The notes beneath the pieces were generated by a model. The model saw only the letters and a list, made by a program, of their open reading frames with translations. It did no database searches and had not been told where the DNA came from. Shown one piece after another: positions 8,657-16,453 of a stretch of DNA of 35,810 bases (position 1 is its first letter; each line of letters begins with the position of its first letter). The stretch lies in the UHGV virus genome UHGV-1374208. The stretch is one strand, 5' to 3'. Made by a program: the position numbers and the translations under genes. This DNA comes from a virus.

Positions 8657-8781
8657 TTCCCTCTCACCCTATTCTTTCTCTTCCGCTTTGTACTGCCGCG
8701 CGTAAACAAATCCATATTTCCGTGTCTCAATCCGGTAGGCTGTTTCCTATAGACTCTAAAACCGTATCTTTTTCTGTTCAT
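8654..8781 (-). CDS. Small, highly basic protein (42 aa, K/R-rich)
   Basis: ATG 8781 has a strong RBS TAGGAGGC. The product is MNRKRYGFRVYRKQPTGLRHGNMDLFTRGSTKRKRKNRVRGK. Its stop overlaps the next ATG (ATGA). Confidence 0.35.
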
Positions 8782-8790
8782 GTTTGCCTC

Positions 8791-9522
8791 CTAACTGAAA
8801 CTTACTTCCGGCTCTTCCTCTGGACATATTTCTCCACCTGCTTCCATTTCGTTTATGATGATTTTCGTTCCCGCTCTTTGTAATCTCAGCAACAGCATGT
8901 CAAATTCCCCAAGGTATCTCAACGACTTAATGTCTACACATCCCAAACTGTCAAGTGTATACTCTTTCTCAAAATCCCATTTCGATATCGGAATTTCCAT
9001 ATTCAACTCTTCATCGTGTTCGTTTTCGAAAATGATTACCGCCCTATGCAGGGAGCTCCAAGTAGATCTTTCACACTCTTCTATTAGCATCTCGCAACTG
9101 ACCGATTCGTAGTGTGGTCCATCGTCAAACTCCACTTCCAGACCAGTTGTACTGATCTTCTTTTCGCACATTGCAATCCATGCATCAAACAGATCCGTGA
9201 CTTCCATTTCTTTTTCTTCCTGCTTGATTGATAATTCCTTAAAATTTTCTAGAATCTTTTTATTCTCAATGCAAGCATCGGAATTTACGATTTCTGTAAG
9301 CACCGTATCCAACTTTGGAAGGTATTCCGAAAAATCATACTTCTCTATGTACGGCACCATGACATCGTTTATCTTTTTCTTCAGTGCCTTTTCCGCATCT
9401 CCCCATCTAAACGCTGATCCTATTGCCGATTCTATCGATTCCTTAAATTTCTTTTTGAGTATTTCCTTTACTTCTTCCTCGGAGAGACACTCCTGTGCCA
9501 TTTTTAATAATTCTTCTTTCAT
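8791..9522 (-). CDS. Hypothetical protein
   Basis: A 243-aa acidic protein encoded just downstream of the replisome organizer. Confidence 0.45.
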   Translation of the reverse strand: MKEELLKMAQECLSEEEVKEILKKKFKESIESAIGSAFRWGDAEKALKKKINDVMVPYIEKYDFSEYLPKLDTVLTEIVNSDACIENKKILENFKELSIKQEEKEMEVTDLFDAWIAMCEKKISTTGLEVEFDDGPHYESVSCEMLIEECERSTWSSLHRAVIIFENEHDEELNMEIPISKWDFEKEYTLDSLGCVDIKSLRYLGEFDMLLLRLQRAGTKIIINEMEAGGEICPEEEPEVSFS

Positions 9523-9533
9523 TTTGCTCCTCC

Positions 9534-10403
9534 TTAATTCGAATTCAACAGCTGTTCTTCCAGAGAGTCCATGTCGTATCCTCTGCGTTCGAAGTTGTTT
9601 AAGTTTCTGCTTACTGGCGGTTTTGCTGGCACTTTTTCCGTCTGCTCTTGGTTAAGATAAACATCGAAATTACTGCCGAACAGGGTTTTTGGTCTTAGAT
9701 ATATCCTCATATCCTTAATGCCGCGCTGTAATTCCTCTTTTGTCGGCTTTCTGCCCCACTCATTGTATTTTTTATCAATCACCGTCTTAAAATCATCCAG
9801 AGTGTATCCTTCATTGAATCTGGCTTTTATTTCCTTTTGGTTACTCTTAACATCCCATCTTAGTTTCTTGCCTGTCTTTTCATTCAGGTAAGAAATGATC
9901 TCTTTGTACGGGACATATATATTATTATCTTTTTCTTTATCTTCTTCTTTATCTATATCTGAAACAGCGACGTAAGACGTTCTTTCAGACGACTTGTCAG
10001 ACGATTTTTCAATCAAAGCTCTCTGTTTGGCTCTTCTTTCCTCTTGGTACAGCCTGTCACGCTCCTTTTTTCGTTCATAAGCATCCAATGTCTGGTGCTT
10101 GTTCCAGTTCGGGATCGTGATTATTCCCTCCACTATCTCAATCATTTTGAATTGCTCAAACGCATTCAAAGCCAACTTTACAGTAGATTCATTCATTCTA
10201 AAGATTGTAGCCAGCATCTTGTCTGTGTAGGGAATCTTGTCATTCATCAGGAATACGCCACCGTTATTTTTCTTCCCGGCAAGACATAACAACTTGAACC
10301 AGACTGTTATAATTGCATAAGCATCTGGCAAACCCTCTATCAGCAATATCTTTTCATCATCAAAGATATCCGTTGCTATCTTTATCCACTTCACTTCTGC
10401 CAT
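9534..10403 (-). CDS. Replisome organizer / DnaD-like replication initiator with phage C-terminal domain
   Basis: An N-terminal DnaD-like region is followed by a low-complexity E/K/D linker and a conserved phage C-terminal region (YVPYKEIISYLNEKTGKKLRW). Confidence 0.65.
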   Translation of the reverse strand: MAEVKWIKIATDIFDDEKILLIEGLPDAYAIITVWFKLLCLAGKKNNGGVFLMNDKIPYTDKMLATIFRMNESTVKLALNAFEQFKMIEIVEGIITIPNWNKHQTLDAYERKKERDRLYQEERRAKQRALIEKSSDKSSERTSYVAVSDIDKEEDKEKDNNIYVPYKEIISYLNEKTGKKLRWDVKSNQKEIKARFNEGYTLDDFKTVIDKKYNEWGRKPTKEELQRGIKDMRIYLRPKTLFGSNFDVYLNQEQTEKVPAKPPVSRNLNNFERRGYDMDSLEEQLLNSN

Positions 10404-10813
10404 TACTCATCCTCCGCAATATAGACCACCACGCAAGGCTCATCAGAATACACTTTTTCGATTTCCATACTGGTCACCTGCTTATCATCCGTATATGCGA
10501 CTCCATTCAGTCCATCCAAAATGATTTTTGCGATATTATCTAAGTCTGGCTTTTTATTTGGCATTATTTCGCCTTTTAAAGCTTTCTCCTTATTCTTCTT
10601 AGACCAGCTCTCTGGAATCGGAAATTTCGCTAAAATTCGGACTCTCAGAGGGATGTCCGTGTAAAGCACGCCTATACTCTGCTTGTAAATCCTTGCAACT
10701 TCCTTTTCGTACTTTTTATTTTCTGGTGGCGTATATGTAATGACTTTAAATCCGGCTCTGCGGAATCTCGGTCTTGCTTTTCCAACCGGTTTGCCCGGAA
10801 TTGTAATTACCAT
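10403..10813 (-). CDS. rusA: Holliday junction resolvase RusA
   Basis: The N-terminus IPGKPVGKARPRF and the overall size of 136 aa match the RusA family. Confidence 0.8.
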   Translation of the reverse strand: MVITIPGKPVGKARPRFRRAGFKVITYTPPENKKYEKEVARIYKQSIGVLYTDIPLRVRILAKFPIPESWSKKNKEKALKGEIMPNKKPDLDNIAKIILDGLNGVAYTDDKQVTSMEIEKVYSDEPCVVVYIAEDE

Positions 10814-10923
10814 TTATTCTCCTTTCTGCTCCCGGAATTACCGGGAGACAATGAATCTGGCTTACTTAAGGTATTTGTGACGTACTGTGCAGCCATGAAC
10901 GGGTTACAATTTATAGCGAAAGG

Positions 10924-11304
10924 TTACCCTTTGCTAACATAGTGAAATTCTTGTCGGAACTGCTCTTCTGTTCCGTAGTGCTGCAAATAATACTCTTTGC
11001 AGCGTTTTCTTAAGTATCGGTCAACTTTTGATGCATTCTCCCCTGCCCTTGTTCCGTTTGGATGCAGGTCTGGTCTCAATGGAGCGATAAAACCATAATC
11101 CTCCGAAAGCTCAATTTCTTTCGATGTGTGGCTGAAAATGTGATGCCTCTCCACTCCGTAAGCTCCGGTGTACATGCAGTGATCCATATCTTCTGTAAAT
11201 ATGCTCCACAGCTTCTTTGGTCTGCCGGATGCTCTTTGATGACCTTTTTTCTTTTTCTTGCACTTTGGCTTAGGGAATGCCATGTCACTGTAATCAATGC
11301 TCAT
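10924..11304 (-). CDS. Hypothetical protein with HNH-like motif
   Basis: The segment CMYTGAYGVERHHIFSH resembles an HNH nuclease core. It is preceded by a lysine-rich tract. This is weak evidence. Confidence 0.3.
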   Translation of the reverse strand: MSIDYSDMAFPKPKCKKKKKGHQRASGRPKKLWSIFTEDMDHCMYTGAYGVERHHIFSHTSKEIELSEDYGFIAPLRPDLHPNGTRAGENASKVDRYLRKRCKEYYLQHYGTEEQFRQEFHYVSKG

Positions 11305-11843
11305 AGTTCAATTCCCCATTTCTGCTTAAGCTCTTCTTTTTCATCTGGGGTCAAAAGGTCTGCATCTGGTATTCCAACCTCTCTGCAATCTTCCAACACG
11401 CCTTTGATGAGTCTGCTCATTTCTTTTGTGTTATACTTGCTTGACCCTTTGTAGCATTGCAGAGTGTGTAATGTTTCAGTTCTCCCTTTTAGGTCTTTTA
11501 CTTCCTGTGCTCCACGATCTATCACAATCCGGAACACTGACTGTGCCAGATAGATGTCTTTTTCCCGGAGCGGTATGTACTCAAAAGCACCGTGGGATTT
11601 TAATTCATTTAGGTACGCTTGCCACCTAGTGATGTCCAACTTTTCCGCTAATTTATCGAGTAACACCCACAAATAAGAGTTCGCGTCAAGGCTTCTCTTT
11701 GCTCTGTATGGCTTTATTTCAAGCGTTAATTTCTCATAATCTTTCAACTCATCATAGGCTTGTCGGAAGTCCTCTTCGGATTTGAATAGGATGGTGTGGC
11801 AATCTATCAAACGGCCTTTTAATTTTCCTGTGAATTTCATCAA
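11301..11843 (-). CDS. ninB: NinB/Orf-family recombination mediator
   Basis: The segment AKRSLDANSYLWVLLDKLAEKL parallels lambda NinB (RSLDQNRKLWACLGDVS). It lies next to the SSAP and rusA genes. Confidence 0.55.
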   Translation of the reverse strand: MMKFTGKLKGRLIDCHTILFKSEEDFRQAYDELKDYEKLTLEIKPYRAKRSLDANSYLWVLLDKLAEKLDITRWQAYLNELKSHGAFEYIPLREKDIYLAQSVFRIVIDRGAQEVKDLKGRTETLHTLQCYKGSSKYNTKEMSRLIKGVLEDCREVGIPDADLLTPDEKEELKQKWGIEL

Positions 11844-12460
11844 TCATCACCGTAAGTCCTTTTTATTGTGCTTAACATTGTTGCAGCTTCTGTCTCGGTA
11901 AGTGTCTGCTCAGTCCTATTGTTTTCTCTCAACCAGCGTTCAAGATTGATACCGTGAGATACGCATAGATTCTTGAGAGTCTTGATTTTCGCTTCAGACG
12001 CTCTGTTTTCCCCCGTTTCCGGTATTTGAGCATACATCTTGTTGTATTCCTCTTTAAGCCACAAATCGAACCCTAAGCCGGTATGTATTGCTACGCACTT
12101 CACAAACGCCCTGCACATGCTGTTCCAGACTCTTTGCTGACTCATAGAGTTGTCTTTTACAGGGTTTGCCCCATTCATCACAGGTGTTTGCATCTCGTAC
12201 ACTTGATCATCTATCACAACACGGATTCTGGTCTCGTAACATCTATTTTCAACTCCGTTTTTATCTTTAAACACCGCTTTTGTCATCCTTAGGCTACTTC
12301 CTGTTTCTGGGTCTGGAATCGGAGTAAAATAAACATTTTCAGCCCCATTTTTATGTAATAAATCAATGCACATTGCCCAGTTTAAATAGTCCATACCATC
12401 TCTTTTTTCGAGGTATGGTTTTACATCTACTTTCCTCATTTCTTCATAGCTTTTAAGCAT
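11840..12460 (-). CDS. Single-strand annealing protein, Rad52-like (DUF1071/Sak-type)
   Basis: The motif DGMDYLNWAMCIDLL resembles the ylsWa signature of phage Rad52-like SSAPs. It sits in a recombination module with ninB and rusA. Confidence 0.45.
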   Translation of the reverse strand: MLKSYEEMRKVDVKPYLEKRDGMDYLNWAMCIDLLHKNGAENVYFTPIPDPETGSSLRMTKAVFKDKNGVENRCYETRIRVVIDDQVYEMQTPVMNGANPVKDNSMSQQRVWNSMCRAFVKCVAIHTGLGFDLWLKEEYNKMYAQIPETGENRASEAKIKTLKNLCVSHGINLERWLRENNRTEQTLTETEAATMLSTIKRTYGDD

Positions 12461-12638
12461 AGGTTTCCTCGCTTTCTTCCTTTACCCAACTCCCGGAGTA
12501 AAACCATTCCACCAGCATTTCTTTAAATTCTTTTTGGTCATCTGGTGTTCCATGCAAGCATCTCTCCAGTGCATATTCAAACGCCTGGTCTTCTGTTACT
12601 ACCGTGTCTTTCTCTGGTCCGATACCTACATACATCAT
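12453..12638 (-). CDS. Hypothetical protein
   Basis: A 61-aa ORF in operon context with overlapping stop/start. Confidence 0.35.
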   Translation of the reverse strand: MMYVGIGPEKDTVVTEDQAFEYALERCLHGTPDDQKEFKEMLVEWFYSGSWVKEESEETYA

Positions 12639-12901
12639 TCGTCCTCCGTCTTGTCCACTGCCATTTCCAGCAATACCCCAACTAAAATAATTGCATCATC
12701 TAGTTGCTTATCTGTTGCAATACCGTCAAACAAATCGTAATCTCCATCAGTAACAAATCCGTTTTCTTGTGCGGTTAAAAATATTCTGCTACCGTAGTTC
12801 GAAAATTCAATGTTTACGTACGGATACCCATTCCTACCTTCTCCACGCTCTTGAATCTCAAGAATTAAGTCTAAAAGTTTATGTATTTTTTCTCTATCCA
12901 T
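12635..12901 (-). CDS. Hypothetical protein
   Basis: An 88-aa ORF in operon context. Confidence 0.4.
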   Translation of the reverse strand: MDREKIHKLLDLILEIQERGEGRNGYPYVNIEFSNYGSRIFLTAQENGFVTDGDYDLFDGIATDKQLDDAIILVGVLLEMAVDKTEDE

Positions 12902-12947
12902 TGCTTATCCTCCTAAAATCTGTTAATATATTCTTGATTTTTTTCCT

Positions 12948-12988
12948 GAGTGCTCGAGGGTTGCCGCCCTGTGACAGCACTCTTTTTT
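12948..12988 (+). terminator. Plus-oriented intrinsic terminator-like hairpin inside the minus-strand early operon
   Basis: The sequence is GAGTGCT-(21-nt loop containing an AGGG/CCCT sub-stem)-AGCACTC followed by TTTTTT. A T-run follows the stem only on the plus strand. The T-run overlaps the TAA of the 12987..13175 gene. Confidence 0.4.
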
Positions 12989-13175
12989 AATACCCAAACA
13001 CCAGGTACCACGCCAGTAGCACCAAGATAAACCCGATCACTGCCACTCCAGCTCTGATCCAGTAAGGCTTGTCCTTTTCTTCTGGCAGCTCTACGGAGAC
13101 TGACCGGATATCCCAACTGTTTAAAGCGTTGGGCTGTTGAGTAGTCTGGCAATGATAAGTTCCTTTAATTTCCAT
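12987..13175 (-). CDS. Small membrane protein (C-terminal TM helix)
   Basis: The 62-aa ORF has a strong RBS AAAGGAGGAAG and a C-terminal hydrophobic stretch AGVAVIGFILVLLAWYLVF. Confidence 0.5.
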   Translation of the reverse strand: MEIKGTYHCQTTQQPNALNSWDIRSVSVELPEEKDKPYWIRAGVAVIGFILVLLAWYLVFGY

Positions 13176-13350
13176 GTTCTTCCTCCTTTAATTTCACGGA
13201 TTTTCTTCCTTGATACTCCAGTTCCCTGCAGTAATTGTTTAAACAGGCGATTGCGTGCAACTTTTGCTCCTCAGAATACCAACCAAACCTTTCTGTGGAT
13301 TCCAGTGTCTGGATAAATTTCTCGATCTTGTTTACTGTTAGCCTTTTCAT
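13165..13350 (-). CDS. Hypothetical protein
   Basis: A 61-aa ORF preceded by GGGAGGA. Confidence 0.4.
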   Translation of the reverse strand: MKRLTVNKIEKFIQTLESTERFGWYSEEQKLHAIACLNNYCRELEYQGRKSVKLKEEEHGN

Positions 13351-13372
13351 AGCTTGTCCTCCCTTCTACCGC

Positions 13373-13486
13373 CTAAGCGGTTTTCTCTTCTGTCCTCTTT
13401 TCGAGTGTGTAATCAATTTTCACATGTTCTTGTTCTTCGATAAGAGATATCAACACTTGTATGATTTTTTCCATATCTGGCTTCAT
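13373..13486 (-). CDS. Small hypothetical protein (37 aa)
   Basis: An ATG ORF with RBS AGAGAGGTGA. It is not in the ORF track. Confidence 0.3.
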   Translation of the reverse strand: MKPDMEKIIQVLISLIEEQEHVKIDYTLEKRTEEKTA

Positions 13487-13538
13487 AAAATCACCTCTCT
13501 AATATGTATGATGGTTAGATTGTCCATGATATGTTGTC

Positions 13539-13694
13539 CTAGTCATCTTCTTTTTCTTTATTTTCTTCGTTCTTCTGGCTCTTCTGCGATGCCATAGCTT
13601 CTGCAAAGCCGAGAAAATAACCTTTATTCATGTCGGACATATCCGGCAGTGCTTGCGCTACTTTTCTGATGATTTCTTTCTCTTTTTCGCTCAT
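13539..13694 (-). CDS. Small hypothetical protein (51 aa)
   Basis: An ATG ORF with a strong RBS TAGGAGGT, immediately downstream of the antirepressor gene. It is not in the ORF track. Confidence 0.35.
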   Translation of the reverse strand: MSEKEKEIIRKVAQALPDMSDMNKGYFLGFAEAMASQKSQKNEENKEKEDD

Positions 13695-13703
13695 GTGTAC
13701 CTC

Positions 13704-14417
13704 CTATGCTACATTCAGGGATTTGTTGATAAAATACTGCTGTCCTTTGCCGGTTACTTTTGTGGTTTTGTTAATCCGAACGGAACCATCTGGATTCATA
13801 GCTGTTGTCTCTTTCACTTCAAACAGCCCTAAATTCATAGATTTCTGTGTGGGCGAGTTCCATTCCGTTCCTTTTCTCTTACTCAGATATCCATTTTCAC
13901 GCAACCACTCAAATAAGCGCTTCTGCCCTGTTTCAACGCCGTTCTGTTTCAAAATCTTCGCCAGATCGCCGATTAAGATGGATGTATGACTGGTAGCGAC
14001 AGCATCCGCAAATATCGCTTTCGGCTTCATTTCCTCAATCTGTGCTGTCTGCTCTTCAATGGTCTTCTGCGCTTCCAGAACTGCCAGTGCAAGAAGTTCT
14101 TTACCCTGCGGAACGTGCTCTTTGATGATATTTTCCATCTCATGAAACCGTTTGATGTATTTTGCTGTGAACTCCGTCCCTTTGACTCCTGTGAGTTTGT
14201 GGGCGATAAATTCGCAGCCCTCTTTTGTGATTAAATAGCACGGGTATTCTTTTCCGCGACGCTTATATGTAGATTCACGGAAGAAATCTGACGGCTCAAA
14301 ATTGAGCTGTGAAAATTCTTCTAAATACCCTCTTATGTCTCTGATGATGTTCTTGTGTTCCTTTCCAACCATTTCAGCCACTTCTCGGCTATCTAATTTT
14401 TGCTGCAATTTGTTCAA
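13704..14417 (-). CDS. Antirepressor (Rha-like N-terminal domain plus KilA-C/ANT C-terminal domain)
   Basis: The N-terminus REVAEMVGKEHKNIIRDIR resembles Rha. The C-terminal region FADAVATSHTSILIGDLAKILKQNG resembles the ANT/KilAC domain. It uses a TTG start with AGGAGGT upstream. Confidence 0.7.
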   Translation of the reverse strand: MNKLQQKLDSREVAEMVGKEHKNIIRDIRGYLEEFSQLNFEPSDFFRESTYKRRGKEYPCYLITKEGCEFIAHKLTGVKGTEFTAKYIKRFHEMENIIKEHVPQGKELLALAVLEAQKTIEEQTAQIEEMKPKAIFADAVATSHTSILIGDLAKILKQNGVETGQKRLFEWLRENGYLSKRKGTEWNSPTQKSMNLGLFEVKETTAMNPDGSVRINKTTKVTGKGQQYFINKSLNVA

Positions 14418-14467
14418 TACCTTTTACCTCCTATTCTTTTATTGCCGTCGTAACCTCCGTGGCGGGA

Positions 14468-14506
14468 TTGCTTTCTTTTTGTTTATCTCCTATACTGTAA
14501 ATACAG
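14468..14506 (+). promoter_or_regulatory. Sigma-70-like promoter (TTGCTT-17-TATACT) with overlapping palindrome CTGTAAATACAG
   Basis: The -35 is at 14468-14473 and the -10 at 14491-14496. A 12-bp palindrome at 14495-14506 covers the -10 and +1. It drives the plus-strand gene at 14546. Confidence 0.4.
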
Positions 14507-14545
14507 GGCACTGCCATGCCTGAGTATTACGAAAGGAGCGATTTT

Positions 14546-14773
14546 ATGAGACGTTGTAATTCACCTTTTAACGGAAAGCAATTTGTTTTAAACAAAAACA
14601 CTGGAGAAATTCACGATCTAGACCGCGAAACACCGCAATGTCAAATCGATGAAATAAAACCAGAACATGTTTTTAACTGCGACACTTATACAGAAGCTGT
14701 GATTTTTGCTTCCATGCTTGCTGTAAACAGAAACGGCTGTGCTTACTGCATGCCTGAAAAGAATAGAGGATAA
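14546..14773 (+). CDS. Small Ada-N-terminal-like zinc-binding domain protein (75 aa)
   Basis: The RBS is AAAGGAG. The segments FVLNKNTGEIH...C and NGCAYCMPEK parallel the Ada Zn-binding domain (VRTTGIFCRPSC...GFRPCKRCQPEK). It is antisense to the early operon and overlaps the 3' end of the 14743..15099 gene. Confidence 0.45.
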   Translation: MRRCNSPFNGKQFVLNKNTGEIHDLDRETPQCQIDEIKPEHVFNCDTYTEAVIFASMLAVNRNGCAYCMPEKNRG

Positions 14774-15099
14774 TCACTTTCTTGAGCTGCTTCTAATGTA
14801 TGTCGCAGCTCTTCCTCTGAAATTTCCTTTTTTAAAGCCTCTTCCAGCTTTTCAGGCGTTTTAAATTCTTCCGCCAACGCAATGATCATCTCACTGAATT
14901 CTCGTTCAGCACTAATCGCTTTTAAAAGTTCGAAATTATTTACAATCCCTTTTCTCTTTCGATTTAAAAATCTTTCTACGAATTGCCATCCTTGTGTTTC
15001 TTTCAATTCTTCCCACTCTTTTTCGGGAAGCTCAAAAGATATTGCTGCGATGGATTCTCCTTTTAAAAATGTTTTGCGTGTGCAAAAAATTTCATGCAT
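14743..15099 (-). CDS. Hypothetical early protein
   Basis: A 118-aa ORF with a strong RBS GGAGGAGTG. It is the second gene of the early operon. Confidence 0.5.
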   Translation of the reverse strand: MHEIFCTRKTFLKGESIAAISFELPEKEWEELKETQGWQFVERFLNRKRKGIVNNFELLKAISAEREFSEMIIALAEEFKTPEKLEEALKKEISEEELRHTLEAAQESDYPLFFSGMQ

Positions 15100-15117
15100 C
15101 TCTTCACTCCTCCTTCC

Positions 15118-15399
15118 TTATATTCTGTCCTCTGCATTTCCGGGCTCGGAACCGGCTTCGGCTGCATTACAGTGCCAGAATGCGTCCGGCGGTTTATCAG
15201 AGCTGTTGTCATTTTCTTCAAGCCCAAGATCAATCAACATATCATTGAATTGATTGGAAATCTTTAAAATAAATTTTGTTAAAATAATAAGAGATTTCAC
15301 ATTCCCGCGATCTGATATCTTCCTGTGAGCTGATAGCAGATTTTTTATAACTGTCTTTCTAATGTAAAATCCAAACTCTTCTTTTGTTTTCATTTCCAT
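15118..15399 (-). CDS. Hypothetical early protein (first gene downstream of the early promoter)
   Basis: A 93-aa ORF with start ATG 15399 or 15393 and GTGAGG upstream. No HTH was recognised, so it is not an obvious Cro. Confidence 0.45.
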   Translation of the reverse strand: MEMKTKEEFGFYIRKTVIKNLLSAHRKISDRGNVKSLIILTKFILKISNQFNDMLIDLGLEENDNSSDKPPDAFWHCNAAEAGSEPGNAEDRI

Positions 15400-15431
15400 T
15401 TCCTCACTTTCAGTTTTTGTTTGTGTTGTTT

Positions 15432-15536
15432 GAGTTTACAAACTCATAATACATCCATTTTTAGAGTTTGTCAACCCTATTTCTTAAAAATTTATTTGTT
15501 TTTTGAGTTGATAAACTCATGCAGTTATGATATAAT
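15432..15536. promoter_or_regulatory. Genetic-switch region: divergent consensus promoters with 14-bp operators (GAGTTT-NN-AAACTC)
   Basis: O1 is GAGTTTACAAACTC at 15432-15445 and O2 is GAGTTGATAAACTC at 15505-15518, with a half-site GAGTTTG at 15464-15470. The minus promoter reads TTGACA (15474-15469), a 17-nt spacer, then TATTAT (15451-15446). The plus promoter reads TTGATA (15508-15513), a 17-nt spacer, then TATAAT (15531-15536). Confidence 0.6.
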
Positions 15537-15559
15537 GTATTTTGCAAGGAGGTGATAGA

Positions 15560-15940
15560 ATGGAAATGTTCGAGCGAATAAAACTCCTCCGGACTGAACA
15601 ATTACATATGACACAGACCGAATTCGGTGAAGCTCTTGGAGTAAAAAGAGACGTTATAAATAATATTGAAAATAACCGTTTGAAAAATCCAGAGAAACAG
15701 GAACCGATTTATAGGTTGATGTGCGAAAAATTTAATGTAAACGAAAAATGGTTAAGAACCGGAAACGGTGAAATGTTTATCCCGTTGACAAGAGACCAGT
15801 TGATTACAGACTTCGCTGCTGATCTTATAATGGAAAACGATACATTTAAAAAGAGATTAGTAGAAGCTCTTGCAAAGCTGGATGAAAGTGAATGGGATGT
15901 CCTAGAAAAGCTCGCAGAGAGCTTAATTAAAAAAGACTAG
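15560..15940 (+). CDS. CI-like repressor (XRE-family HTH, no peptidase domain)
   Basis: The N-terminal HTH is MTQTEFGEALGVKRDVINNIENNR. The RBS is AAGGAGGTGA. The gene diverges from the early operon and lies just downstream of the operator-containing promoter. Confidence 0.65.
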   Translation: MEMFERIKLLRTEQLHMTQTEFGEALGVKRDVINNIENNRLKNPEKQEPIYRLMCEKFNVNEKWLRTGNGEMFIPLTRDQLITDFAADLIMENDTFKKRLVEALAKLDESEWDVLEKLAESLIKKD

Positions 15941-15952
15941 GGTTTCCCCTAG
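15937..15952 (-). terminator. Minus-strand terminator-like hairpin at the 3' end of the repressor gene
   Basis: On the minus strand the sequence is CTAGGG-GAAA-CCCTAG followed by TCTTTTTT. A U-run follows the stem only on the minus strand. It overlaps the repressor stop codon. Confidence 0.4.
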
Positions 15953-16243
15953 CCTAAAAGCTTTATGCAGAATCGGTACACAAGTTCCAACACCTCAATA
16001 TTGTTGGACTTGTTGACCAATTCGATGATAAGTTTTTTGTAGTCCATTCGCGATCCCCCTAACTGCAAAAACACTTGTTCGAAATCCCTGAACATATAAT
16101 ACTATCTCAGGGGACAAAAATCAATATTTTGTTCGAACATTTGTTCTGTTATTTTGTGGCAATGTTTTTGCCCTCTATTAAATAAACAGTTAAAATTCGG
16201 GAAACTTACGCGAAAATGGACAATCGTCCCAGATGTGGGACAC

Positions 16244-16441
16244 TTATTGATATGGAGAGTCGATAAGGTCGGAAATTCGGACTTTTAAGCCCTTGGCAAG
16301 CAATTCCAGCGTGTCAGCTGTCGGCGATATTTTACCATTTGCAATGCGGTTAATCGTTGATTTTGATATTCCAGTTGCAATGGATACTTGCCGAGTAGAT
16401 AGGTTTTTATCGTGCATGATCTTATCGAGTAGTATTTTCAT
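16244..16441 (-). CDS. Small XRE-family HTH protein (Cro-like), convergent with the repressor gene
   Basis: The 65-aa product has the HTH LSTRQVSIATGISKSTINRIANGK. There is no obvious SD sequence. A hairpin GTCCCA-GATG-TGGGAC lies just 3' of the stop. Confidence 0.6.
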   Translation of the reverse strand: MKILLDKIMHDKNLSTRQVSIATGISKSTINRIANGKISPTADTLELLAKGLKVRISDLIDSPYQ

Positions 16442-16453
16442 AGTGTAATTATT

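Noticed and set aside
12913-13152. 79-aa minus-strand ORF overlapping the small membrane protein gene
   Set aside because: It lies in a different frame over the same DNA as the 12987..13175 gene, which has a strong RBS and a TM helix. It has no RBS and an Arg/Gly-rich composition typical of an out-of-frame read.
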